The position numbers and the translations under genes were made by a program. This document shows positions 19,648 to 28,401 of a stretch of 64,000 nt of DNA, piece by piece (position 1 is the first letter of the stretch; every line of letters begins with the position of its first letter). This DNA is from Clostridiales bacterium (lineage in GTDB: Bacteria; Bacillota; Clostridia; Oscillospirales; CAG-272): contig JAAZAV010000033.1 of NCBI GenBank assembly GCA_012514145.1, positions 8,153 to 72,152 on the forward strand, read 5' to 3'. The notes under the pieces were generated by a model. It was not told where the DNA came from. It was given only the letters and a program-made list of their open reading frames with translations, and did no database searches.

Positions 19648-19789
19648 GGGGGCGGTATCAAAACTCCCTGATAATACAATTGCACATAAAATATCGCTGT
19701 TAAAACACCCGAAACGGTGTTTTAACAGCGATATTTATTACTGTTTTTTGCGGTTTACCGGTTTGCGCGGAGTTTTGATACAGCCCTCC
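19648..19789. repeat. nested inverted repeat: outer ~20-bp arms around an inner perfect 21-bp hairpin
   Basis: Outer arms are GGGGGCGGTATCAAAACTCC (19648-19667) and GGAGTTTTGATACAGCCCTCC (19769-19789). Inner arms are 19689-19709 and 19716-19736. Confidence 0.75.
19689..19750. terminator. bidirectional terminator between paralogue 2 and hppA
   Basis: A 21-bp perfect stem (AAATATCGCTGTTAAAACACC / GGTGTTTTAACAGCGATATTT) with loop CGAAAC and T-rich flanks. Confidence 0.7.
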
Positions 19790-19811
19790 CGGTTAATCAG
19801 GCCATATTAAA

Positions 19812-21902
19812 TCAACCGAACAGCGAGAGGGTGAGGAACAGGGTTGACATAAGGGAGGCTACAAGAGATACGACGGTTATCTGGGTGTTGATGGACGGTC
19901 CCGCGGTGTCCTTGAAGGGGTCGCCCACCGTGTCGCCCACGACCGCCGCTTTGTGAGCCGGAGAGCCCTTGCCGCCCTCGTTGCCCGCCTCGACATATTT
20001 CTTTGAGTTGTCCCAGAGTCCGCCGGAGTTGCTCATGAACAGCGCCAGCAGCAGTCCGCTGATGATATTGCCGCAGAGGAAGCCGCCGATAGCCTGCACG
20101 CCGCCCACAAAGCCCACCACAAGGGTGGCGATAATGGCGGTGAGTCCGGCGGGGATAAGTTCCTTCATCGCGCCCGTGGTGGCAATGGTGATACACTTGT
20201 CATACTCGGGCTCTACGCCTTCTTTGCCCTCCTTAAGGCCGACGATCTCACGGAACTGGCGGTGTATCTCGGCGACAAGACGCTGCGCGTTGCGGTCGAC
20301 GCCGAGAATCAGCATTGCCGAGAAGACGGCGGGGATAGCCGCGCCGATGAGCAGCCCGAAGAACACCAGCGGGTTCATTATGTCGAAATTCTCGATGCCT
20401 TTGATTCCGAGTTCCGCGGCGGCGATGTTGACTTCGCTCATGAAGGCTCCCAGAAGGGAAATGACTGTCAGACCGGCTGCCGATATGGCGAAGCCCTTGG
20501 TAACCGCCTTGACCGTGTTGCCAGCGGAGTCCAGCTCGTCGGTTATTTCTATGACATCCTCGCCCAGGTTGCCCATCTCGGCAAGTCCGCGGGCGTTGTC
20601 TACTATTGGTCCGTAGGCGTCGTTGCTGACTATCATGCCGACTATCGAGAGCATGCCCACCGCCGCCATCGAGATGCCGAACATGGAGTATTCAAGGGCG
20701 AGAGCGGGATCGATAGATTCGCAGAGCTTATACGCGGCAAGGGCGGAGACGCCGATGCCTAACATAGCCGGGAGCACACTGAGCAGACCGTAGGAAATAC
20801 CCGACAGTATGGTGAACGCCGGACCGATACCGCTGGCTTTCGCGACCATTTTGACCGGCTTTTTCTTGTCGTCGGTGAAATAGTCGGTGGTTATGCCGAT
20901 GACGACTCCGACTAAAAGACCGACGATGCAGGCGAGCCAGATGCGCCAGTTAAATTTGAAAATTGCCGTCGCGGCGGCGGTGAGAACGATATAGACGCCG
21001 GTTGTCACATAAGTACTGGAGTTGAGCGCCCTGGTGGGGCTGCCCTTTTTGCCGATACGCGCGGTCATGACGCCGATCACCGAAGCCAGCAGACCGAGAG
21101 CCGCGAAGCAGAACACCATGGAAATATTCGTTCCGAACTTCTCCTTGTCAATCGAACCGGCGAGCACCAGCGCCGCCGCCATGGACGCCACGTTGGAGTC
21201 AAAGAGGTCGGCGCCCATTCCGGCGACGTCGCCCACGTTGTCGCCAACGTTATCGGCGATAACGGCGGGGTTGCGCGGGTCGTCCTCGGGTATGCCGAGT
21301 TCAACCTTGCCGACCAGGTCGGCGCTTATGTCGGCTGTCTTGGTGAAGATGCCGCCGCCCGCCTTGGCGAACATGGCGAGGGAGCTTGCGCCGAAGCTGA
21401 AACCGAGCACGGTGGTGGCGTCGCCCGTCAGAAGGTAGACGATGGTCACGCCGAGCAGGCTGGCTCCGACGACCGCCATTCCCATGACGGCGCCGCCGCG
21501 GAAGCCCGCCATGAACGACGGCTTGATGCCCGATTTAGCCGCTTCCGCCGCTTTTACATTGGCTATGGTGGCGACCTCGATACCTATCAAGCCGGCTATT
21601 GCCGAGAACGCGGTTCCCATAAGGTAAGATACCGCCATCAGCACGTTGTTAATAATATTCCCTTTCCATATCGGAGAAGGGAGCAGAATCAGGATCAGAA
21701 CTGCTGCGACAAGCGCGAAACGGGCGAGGACCGTGTATTCTTTCCGCAGGAAGGTTCTTGCGCCCTGACGGATAAGACCGCCGTTCTTTGCTATGATCGG
21801 ATTGTCGGACGGCTGCCGCTTTACCCATAAGAACAGCCATCCGGCGAAGGCAAACGCTACCAATGAAATCAGTATTGACAGGTACAACATGAGTTTTTCC
21901 AT
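19812..21902 (-). CDS. hppA: membrane-integral H+-translocating pyrophosphatase, K+-independent-type signature
   Basis: 696 aa and multi-TM. Motifs GDNVGDVAGMGADLF and DTVGDPFKDTAGPSIN. GNTVKAVTKGFAIS has Lys/Thr at the positions that distinguish K+-independent enzymes. Confidence 0.92.
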   Translation of the reverse strand: MEKLMLYLSILISLVAFAFAGWLFLWVKRQPSDNPIIAKNGGLIRQGARTFLRKEYTVLARFALVAAVLILILLPSPIWKGNIINNVLMAVSYLMGTAFSAIAGLIGIEVATIANVKAAEAAKSGIKPSFMAGFRGGAVMGMAVVGASLLGVTIVYLLTGDATTVLGFSFGASSLAMFAKAGGGIFTKTADISADLVGKVELGIPEDDPRNPAVIADNVGDNVGDVAGMGADLFDSNVASMAAALVLAGSIDKEKFGTNISMVFCFAALGLLASVIGVMTARIGKKGSPTRALNSSTYVTTGVYIVLTAAATAIFKFNWRIWLACIVGLLVGVVIGITTDYFTDDKKKPVKMVAKASGIGPAFTILSGISYGLLSVLPAMLGIGVSALAAYKLCESIDPALALEYSMFGISMAAVGMLSIVGMIVSNDAYGPIVDNARGLAEMGNLGEDVIEITDELDSAGNTVKAVTKGFAISAAGLTVISLLGAFMSEVNIAAAELGIKGIENFDIMNPLVFFGLLIGAAIPAVFSAMLILGVDRNAQRLVAEIHRQFREIVGLKEGKEGVEPEYDKCITIATTGAMKELIPAGLTAIIATLVVGFVGGVQAIGGFLCGNIISGLLLALFMSNSGGLWDNSKKYVEAGNEGGKGSPAHKAAVVGDTVGDPFKDTAGPSINTQITVVSLVASLMSTLFLTLSLFG

Positions 21903-21943
21903 AAAAGCATACCTCCGAAAAAAGATAATGGATCTTACTTCTC

Positions 21944-21972
21944 ATTATGCATAAATAAACGGTGATTGTCAA
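21944..21972 (-). promoter_or_regulatory. sigma-A-like promoter for hppA
   Basis: On the minus strand: TTGACA (21967-21972), 17 nt, CATAAT (21944-21949). Confidence 0.5.
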
Positions 21973-22071
21973 TACGCAAAAAAGAAAATTGCGCCGGGCA
22001 TACCACCGCGTATATGTTTGGGGTGAAACAGTCCGCCGCTGGATGCCGCATGCCCGTATTGCCCGCGGTTC

Positions 22072-22100
22072 TTGACAGCCTGTCCGCGTTGTGATATAAT
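22072..22100 (+). promoter_or_regulatory. sigma-A-like promoter for the DUF2156 gene
   Basis: TTGACA (22072-22077), 17 nt, TATAAT (22095-22100). Confidence 0.6.
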
Positions 22101-22168
22101 GCGCAAAGCCTGATAAAGGCACAGGCAATACAGGCAACAAAAGAAAAACATCCGTATTAAAACAAACT

Positions 22169-23089
22169 ATGGTGAAAATATTGACAGAATTCCATCCGAT
22201 ATCGATCTCCGACAAAGATATAATAATACCCCGCCTGCGCGCCGAGAACTCCCGAAGTTCAGACTACAATTTCGGGAATCTCATCATGTGGGATTCCCGG
22301 TTTCAGAAGCACATCGCCGTTTTTGAAGACAGGCTGATAATCGACATCAGAAAAGCAAGGTGTCCGAAACTTGAATGCCCGTATTTCGTTTTTCCGGTTG
22401 GTTCCGGCGCTCTGCGTCCGGCAATCGACTTCATGAAGGAATATTCGGTTCAAAAGGGCTGTAATTTCTCCATACGCGGGATCACCGACGAGCAGCGCGC
22501 GCTTCTTGAAAATGAATTTCCCGGGCGATTTGAATTCCATGAGAAAAGAAACTCATTCGACTACATTTATCTTGCGGAAAAACTCTCAACCTTCTCGGGG
22601 AAAAAGCTCCACTCCAAGCGGAATTTCTGCAACCGCTTCGAAAAGACCTACAGCTGGGATTTCGTCAGACTGACCCCCGAGCTGATACCCGGCTGTCTGG
22701 AACTGTATCACAAATGGCTCTCCGACATGGACATGTCAGCCGACGGAGTAAAAGACGAATTCAATGCAATCAACACCGGATTTGAAAACTGGGATGCTCT
22801 TGACCTTGAAGGCGGCGTGCTTCGCGTCGAGGGCGGGATAGTCGGGTTCACGGTGGGCGAGCGCGCCTCGGACGACACATATGACGTGCATTTCGAGAAA
22901 GCCTTAAACTCCTATCCCGGCGCCTATCCCATGGTCTGCCGCGAATTCGCAAGGCAGATAATGAGCGACCATCCCGATATTGTCTACCTCAACCGGGAGG
23001 ATGATATGGGTCATGAGAATCTTCGCAAGGCCAAAATGGATTACTACCCCGAATTTCTTCTGAAAAAATATCTGGCGAGGGAGAAATAG
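22169..23089 (+). CDS. DUF2156-domain protein (stand-alone MprF C-terminal-like acyl/aminoacyl transferase fold)
   Basis: 306 aa. SDYNFGNLIMW and GKKLHSKRNFCNRF are motifs I recall as typical of DUF2156. Confidence 0.6.
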   Translation: MVKILTEFHPISISDKDIIIPRLRAENSRSSDYNFGNLIMWDSRFQKHIAVFEDRLIIDIRKARCPKLECPYFVFPVGSGALRPAIDFMKEYSVQKGCNFSIRGITDEQRALLENEFPGRFEFHEKRNSFDYIYLAEKLSTFSGKKLHSKRNFCNRFEKTYSWDFVRLTPELIPGCLELYHKWLSDMDMSADGVKDEFNAINTGFENWDALDLEGGVLRVEGGIVGFTVGERASDDTYDVHFEKALNSYPGAYPMVCREFARQIMSDHPDIVYLNREDDMGHENLRKAKMDYYPEFLLKKYLAREK

Positions 23090-23091
23090 CC

Positions 23092-23661
23092 GTGAAAACC
23101 GTCAGTGACCGCATCACGCTGCGGCGCTCTTTGCCCGGAGACGAACCCGGGCTTAAAAAGCTGTGGAAGACCGTTTTCGGCGACACCGATGAGTTTATCG
23201 ACGCTTTCTTCGAAACCTTATACGAGCCGGGGGAAGCCTGCGTCGCCCTTGACGGCGGCGGAATCGTCTCGGCGGGATACTGCCTGCCCGGGGTTGTCGC
23301 CAAAGGCCGCAGATGTTCGTACATTTACGCGATGGCGACATATCCGGAATATCGGGGACAGGGGATCGCGGCGAAGATCGGACGCCGGCTAATCGACGAC
23401 GCCTTTGCCGGAGGGGCGGAGGTTGTCGCCACGCTGCCCGCGACCGAATCGCTGGTGGGCTGGTATGCTGACAAACTGGGAATGACGCCGACCTTTGTCA
23501 AGGGGATGCCCGGCGCGGAGTTCCCGGAGAAATGGCGCCGTTTTGCCGCAATGTTCAGCGGTCCCGACAGCGGCGCCCCGAGCCGTCTCTCCGCCGCCGC
23601 GGCGCCGGGCGCTGATCTTAATAACCTTATAGGTGTCGGCTGGGAATTTACTTTTGATTAG
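23092..23661 (+). CDS. GNAT-family N-acetyltransferase
   Basis: YRGQGIAAKIGRRLIDDA acetyl-CoA-binding motif. GTG start lies 2 nt after the previous stop. Confidence 0.75.
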   Translation: MKTVSDRITLRRSLPGDEPGLKKLWKTVFGDTDEFIDAFFETLYEPGEACVALDGGGIVSAGYCLPGVVAKGRRCSYIYAMATYPEYRGQGIAAKIGRRLIDDAFAGGAEVVATLPATESLVGWYADKLGMTPTFVKGMPGAEFPEKWRRFAAMFSGPDSGAPSRLSAAAAPGADLNNLIGVGWEFTFD

Positions 23662-23664
23662 AAT

Positions 23665-23705
23665 AAAACATCGGAACGGCAATCACGCCGTTCCGATGTT
23701 TTATA
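23665..23705. terminator. bidirectional intrinsic terminator
   Basis: AAAACATCGGAACGGC (23665-23680) pairs with GCCGTTCCGATGTTTT (23687-23702). Confidence 0.8.
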
Positions 23706-23778
23706 TAATATGTCGAGTTGCACAATGTGCGTCACAGTGGCTTTTCCGCCTCCGGGAAGCCGCTAAAAACGCCGGTTC

Positions 23779-25257
23779 TTACTTGAGAATCGAGATTAGT
23801 TCCTCCATTTTGCTCTGATACATTGTCTCGTTCTTTGCCCACATCGAGGTGATCTCCGCGTCTCTCCTGAGCGACATACGCATCAGCATCCAGGGTGAGC
23901 CCTGGTCCCCGAAACAGAAGGAATAGAAGTGTGAGAAGTCATCGGTCACGCTGCCGAAAATGATATCGAGCATCTCCGCCGAATCCTCGTCCCGGGCGAC
24001 CTTGGTCTTTAACACCCGTTCGTAGTATTCGGGACGCATTATTTCGTAGCCCAGCGCCGAGAGCGCGTTCAGTATACAGCCCGATTTATCGCCGTCCGCA
24101 GTGATGGGGATCGAGAATCCGGTGGTATTGTCTATGCAGAGGTAGGTTCCGTAGGAATCCTGCTGTTCGTTCCACTTCGGATAGGGAAGTATGCCGAAAT
24201 CGTCCTCCATCTCGCGCATGATATGGGATACCTGTATGCGTTCGGCAAGGAACAGCCCCTGTCCGTTCATGAAGGGGGTTATCAGCGACCAGCTGTCTTT
24301 ATACAGGACATTTCCCGACTGCTTTGTGAAATCAGAGAGCTTTTTCTGCGCATCCACGTATCGCTCCGAAAGCCCCAGCAGCTCCGGCATTCCGTCCTTG
24401 TCCTTGCCGGTTATTTTTATCTCGCAGGCAGGGATAAAAGCGTCTATCTCCATGTTCCAGCCGGTGAGATAGCCGTACCGGTCTGTGTCGTCCATCACAT
24501 TGTCGCCGTTGAGGTCGGCCGATGCCAGCGCCGAATATTCGATCAGTTTGTCAAGCGTCCACTTCCCGCCGCGCACAAGCCCGTACAGGTCGTCGATATT
24601 ATACATTTCGGCGAACCGCTTGTTGAAATACATGGCGTATACGCAGTCATAATACTGGGGATCGGCGCTTCCGACAGCCATGAATATCTGATTGCCGAAC
24701 ATCGAGGATTCCATGATTCTTTCGGACCACCAGGGTTCCGAGAAGTCAATGGCGGAAAGCTCGTTCAGATTGTGGAAGCCGCCGTAGAGCGAATGGCTTG
24801 CAAGCCGGTAGCCGTAGCCTCCGGCAAGGTGTATGCTGTCGTCTCCCGCGAGTATGGCGGAGGTGAGCGAGTTCAGCCATACGGCTGACTGTCCCGATTC
24901 GCTGGAGCCTTTTCTGACATCAAAAACCATGTTGACATTGTACAGCTCCTCAACTTCCAGGTTGCGTCTGTACACCGCATCGTTTATTACGTCTCCGGTC
25001 TCCTCTTCGGCGGCGATCTGCGAGTAATCCCACAGAAGTATGTTGAAATCCTCTCCGCCGAAATCCCCCTTCGGCAGCGTGTCTTTCAGCGCCGCGGTCG
25101 TCGTCTCGATGTCTTCCGTAACGGCGGTATCTGCCGAACCTGCCGTTTCCTCGTCGGCGGCACTGCCGCCGCTCCCGCATCCGCATACTATGATTGCGAC
25201 GGTGATTATAAGCGCAGTAAACGCCGGGAGAATATGAAGCTGATGCTTTTTGTTCAT
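23779..25257 (-). CDS. SBP-like lipoprotein, paralogue 3 of 10
   Basis: Lipobox IIVCGC|GS. Motifs GDVINDAVYRRNLEVEELYNV, SAILAGDDSIHL, FSEPWW, DLNGDNVMDDTD, DFGILPYPKWNEQQ and YYERVLKTKVARDEDSAEMLDIIF. Confidence 0.7.
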   Translation of the reverse strand: MNKKHQLHILPAFTALIITVAIIVCGCGSGGSAADEETAGSADTAVTEDIETTTAALKDTLPKGDFGGEDFNILLWDYSQIAAEEETGDVINDAVYRRNLEVEELYNVNMVFDVRKGSSESGQSAVWLNSLTSAILAGDDSIHLAGGYGYRLASHSLYGGFHNLNELSAIDFSEPWWSERIMESSMFGNQIFMAVGSADPQYYDCVYAMYFNKRFAEMYNIDDLYGLVRGGKWTLDKLIEYSALASADLNGDNVMDDTDRYGYLTGWNMEIDAFIPACEIKITGKDKDGMPELLGLSERYVDAQKKLSDFTKQSGNVLYKDSWSLITPFMNGQGLFLAERIQVSHIMREMEDDFGILPYPKWNEQQDSYGTYLCIDNTTGFSIPITADGDKSGCILNALSALGYEIMRPEYYERVLKTKVARDEDSAEMLDIIFGSVTDDFSHFYSFCFGDQGSPWMLMRMSLRRDAEITSMWAKNETMYQSKMEELISILK

Positions 25258-25345
25258 ACCGTTCTCCTGTTGCCGATGTTATTTATGTTTCCTGTTCCGG
25301 TTATCATTATACAACTTATATCTCATCGCCGAATTATAATGTTAT

Positions 25346-25882
25346 TCAGCCGAAGACTTTTTGAACCAGTTCCAGATACTCTTTATATTCCGGGTAGTCA
25401 TTTAATTCTGATAAAGAATCCGCTATCCCCTTGTAATACCATCCGTGTTTTTTGGGATCCTTTACATTAAATCTTTGCCAAAGTTCATCTCCGGCCGATT
25501 TATAGTCGCGATAAATGGCTCTCATATTGCTCAATTTATCACCCAATGTTACTATCTTCACTTCACGGGAAGCCTGATTCTTTAGATGGTCCAGAGTATG
25601 CTGTTTTCGCTCATCCCATGTTTTGGATTTGTCTTCCGTTTCGGCTCCTACCAAAGAAGCAACCCTTTCGCCGAATTCTCTTCTGATATCTTCAATTGTT
25701 ATGTTCTTCCCGTCTTCCACGGTATCGTGAAGAACGGCGGCAACAATCAAATCCGTGTCATGGGTCATCGCGCCGACGATAACCGCCGCTTCCAACGGGT
25801 GCAATATATACGGGATGTTCGTCCCCTTTCTATATCCGTCTTTGTGCGCTTTAACCGCAAATTCAATCGCTTTGTTTAACAT
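25346..25882 (-). CDS. HD-domain (p)ppGpp hydrolase-like protein (small alarmone hydrolase type)
   Basis: 178 aa. YILHPLEAA and AVLHDTVEDG form the RelA/SpoT-type HD motif. No synthetase domain. Confidence 0.75.
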   Translation of the reverse strand: MLNKAIEFAVKAHKDGYRKGTNIPYILHPLEAAVIVGAMTHDTDLIVAAVLHDTVEDGKNITIEDIRREFGERVASLVGAETEDKSKTWDERKQHTLDHLKNQASREVKIVTLGDKLSNMRAIYRDYKSAGDELWQRFNVKDPKKHGWYYKGIADSLSELNDYPEYKEYLELVQKVFG

Positions 25883-26017
25883 TATTACACCTTAATATAT
25901 AACTGTATTATAGTTTGTATGCGGGAACCGGGCATACTGTCTGAAGCGGCGGGCACTCCGCTCACCGTAATCTCTTACATTTCGAACACTTCACATATCT
26001 GACGAATAAGTTTTATA

Positions 26018-26221
26018 TCACATCCACACATATCGGATCAAATAGTATAAAACATATCCCCAACTGAAAATACCATGCAGAATTGCCCATCCCACAGATT
26101 TCCATGTTACAAAGGAAATAACCATGGCTAAGCATGTTCCAAAGGAAATGCCGCTCTTTACCGCGCTTCCCACATTGAAACCCTTGCTTTCAACAGTAAC
26201 CTTGTTTTCATTATTTATCAT
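26018..26221 (-). CDS. small two-TM membrane protein, unknown function
   Basis: 67 aa with two hydrophobic helices. Lies in the low-GC islet. Confidence 0.45.
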   Translation of the reverse strand: MINNENKVTVESKGFNVGSAVKSGISFGTCLAMVISFVTWKSVGWAILHGIFSWGYVLYYLIRYVWM

Positions 26222-26328
26222 AATAATTCCCCCTTTACATGCCGCGATATTAAGTGTAGAATATCATACAATTCATATGATGTCAACGGCGAAATCAGCG
26301 ATATTATGGCAATATCCGCAAACCGGAA

Positions 26329-26790
26329 TCACATGAGCTTCGCGTCCCTCAGGGTGCAGTAGGTATAATTACCCTCCTGATATGTGTCGAACACGCCTGT
26401 CACGCAGATTTTGCCTCCCTCCTCCGGATAATCCTCCGGGTAGGAATAATCTTCGGTCAGGATGAATTCGATTCCCTGTGAACAGCAGGCGGCGGCGTCC
26501 GTGACTATACAGGCAAAGTAGGTGTTTCCGGTGGACTCGTCGTGATATGAAGCGAACATCCCCTCCATTTTCACGGTTTTTCCGATGTAATCCCCGGGCG
26601 ATACTATCATGCTGTAGACCTGAGAGTAAACCATTGTGCTGGAAAGCACGGTCAGGTCCACATCAATTGTATCGGCGCCGCCGGCAGCGCCTGCGGGATC
26701 GTTTGCCGTTTTCGGTTCGGAATCGCCGCCGCATCCCGCTAACGCGAACAACAGCGCAAGGCAGAGGAGAAATAACATCGGTTTATTCAT
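26329..26790 (-). CDS. lipoprotein of unknown function at the distal end of the znu operon
   Basis: MNKPMLFLLCLALLFALAGC|GG gives the lipobox. A Cys pair occurs in AACCSQG. The start is ambiguous because of the 24-nt junction repeats; the track start is 26838. Confidence 0.65.
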   Translation of the reverse strand: MNKPMLFLLCLALLFALAGCGGDSEPKTANDPAGAAGGADTIDVDLTVLSSTMVYSQVYSMIVSPGDYIGKTVKMEGMFASYHDESTGNTYFACIVTDAAACCSQGIEFILTEDYSYPEDYPEEGGKICVTGVFDTYQEGNYTYCTLRDAKLM

Positions 26791-26857
26791 TTGCGCATAC
26801 CTTATGTTTTTCATTTGCGCATACCTACTGCTTTTCATTTACGCATGCCTCCCGTTA
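26786..26857. repeat. 3 x 24-nt tandem repeat spanning the znuB stop and lipoprotein start
   Basis: Minus-strand units are GGCATGCGTAAATGAAAAGCAGTA, GGTATGCGCAAATGAAAAACATAA and GGTATGCGCAAATGAATAAACCGA. TTCAT anchors at 26786, 26810 and 26834 give a period of 24. Confidence 0.85.
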
Positions 26858-27683
26858 TCATGCCCGCCGCATAGCAGACCGCATATGCGGCAACGTCAAC
26901 AGCGACAATTGTGGAACCAACCGGCGTCCCCGCCAGAATAGAGATTATTATCCCTGAAAAAGCACATACCACCGACAGCACCGCCGAGCATATAGTGACC
27001 GTCAAAAAACTGCGGAAGAGCCGCATAGCCGACAGCGCCGGAAATATCACCAGCGCCGATATGAGCAGCGACCCCACAAGGTTCATGGCGAGAACGATGA
27101 TGACCGCAATGACTATGGCTATAAGAAGATTGTAGCCGTCCGCGTTCGTCCCGACGGCCTTCGAGAAATCCTCGTCAAAAGTCACGGCGAATATCTTGTT
27201 GTAAAACATAACAAAAACGAAAACCACGGCGGCCGACAGAACTATGCAGAGCCACACCTCTTTCGGCGTCAGTGTCAGTATCGATGTGGAGCCGAACAGA
27301 GTGGTGCAAACATCGCCGGACAGGTTGGAGGATGCCGCGAAGATGTTCATTATCAGATATCCGAACGCCAATGCTCCCACCGATATCATGGCGATGGCGG
27401 CGTCTCCCTTGACCTTTGCGTTCTGGCCGGTTCTCAGCAGAAGGACCGCGCTGATTACCGTGACCGGCAGCACCAGCAGCATTTCATTTGTCAGATTCAG
27501 TACAGCCGCGACAGACATCGCGCCGAACGCCACATGAGACAGCCCGTCGCCTATGAAGGAAAAGCGCTTCAGCACAAGCGTTACGCCAAGCAGCGAGGAA
27601 CAGAGGGCTATAAGCACCCCCACAATCAGCGCATACCTTACGAACGGGTATTGGAAATACATCGCGAGTTTTTCAAACATCAT
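26835..27683 (-). CDS. znuB: metal (zinc/manganese-type) ABC transporter permease
   Basis: 282 aa and multi-TM, of the ZnuB/TroC-like pattern. ATGA overlap with the ATPase gene. Confidence 0.85.
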   Translation of the reverse strand: MMFEKLAMYFQYPFVRYALIVGVLIALCSSLLGVTLVLKRFSFIGDGLSHVAFGAMSVAAVLNLTNEMLLVLPVTVISAVLLLRTGQNAKVKGDAAIAMISVGALAFGYLIMNIFAASSNLSGDVCTTLFGSTSILTLTPKEVWLCIVLSAAVVFVFVMFYNKIFAVTFDEDFSKAVGTNADGYNLLIAIVIAVIIVLAMNLVGSLLISALVIFPALSAMRLFRSFLTVTICSAVLSVVCAFSGIIISILAGTPVGSTIVAVDVAAYAVCYAAGMITGGMRK

Positions 27684-28390
27684 TGCTCACCGCCCTTTTT
27701 CTGCATCATAAAGAGTTTTCCGATATCGCTCTCAAGATACTCGTCCCTTGTGCCGCAGAATACGGCGGCTCCTATATGCAGGATATGAGTAGTATAACGA
27801 ACGGCGGCGGCGATGTCATGTGTGATCATTATGATGGTGATGCCTTCCCGGTTCAGACCGGCAATCAAGCCGTACATTTCGGCGGTGACTTTCGGGTCAA
27901 GCCCCGACGCCGGTTCGTCAAGCAGCAGAGCTTTCCTTGTCGCGCACAGCGCCCTTGCGAGCAGAACTCTCTGCTGCTGACCGCCGGACAGCTCCCTGTA
28001 ACATCGATTCGCGAACTCCGATATTCCCATGCGCGCCATGTTTTCTTCGGAGAGCCGCTTTTCTTCCCTGTTATAAAACGGTCTCAGCCCGCAGCGTCCC
28101 TGGCATCCCGAGAGAACTATTTCTCGCACAGACGCGGGAAAGTCTTTCTGCACAGCCGTCTGCTGGGGCAGATAGCCGATTTCGTTTTTCTTCAGCCCGT
28201 CGCCAAACAGAATCTGACCTCTGACCGGCTCCCGAAGATTGAGCAGCGTTTTCATCAGTGTGGTTTTACCGGAACCGTTTTCTCCGACTATGCACAGATA
28301 ATCGCCCTTATTGACAGAGAAATTGAGGTTCTCCGCTATGATATGTGAATCATAACCGAGCGACAGATTCCGAACGGTGAGCAGCGCCAT
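27680..28390 (-). CDS. znuC: metal ABC transporter ATP-binding protein
   Basis: Walker A GENGSGKTT, signature LSGGQQQR and Walker B LLLDEP. Confidence 0.9.
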   Translation of the reverse strand: MALLTVRNLSLGYDSHIIAENLNFSVNKGDYLCIVGENGSGKTTLMKTLLNLREPVRGQILFGDGLKKNEIGYLPQQTAVQKDFPASVREIVLSGCQGRCGLRPFYNREEKRLSEENMARMGISEFANRCYRELSGGQQQRVLLARALCATRKALLLDEPASGLDPKVTAEMYGLIAGLNREGITIIMITHDIAAAVRYTTHILHIGAAVFCGTRDEYLESDIGKLFMMQKKGGEQ

Positions 28391-28401
28391 ATAACGGCCT
28401 C

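Noticed and set aside
21649-22215. 188-aa minus-strand ORF spanning the hppA start and the divergent spacer.
   Set aside because: It overlaps two candidate promoters and the true hppA N-terminus in another frame, and has no coding-like composition.
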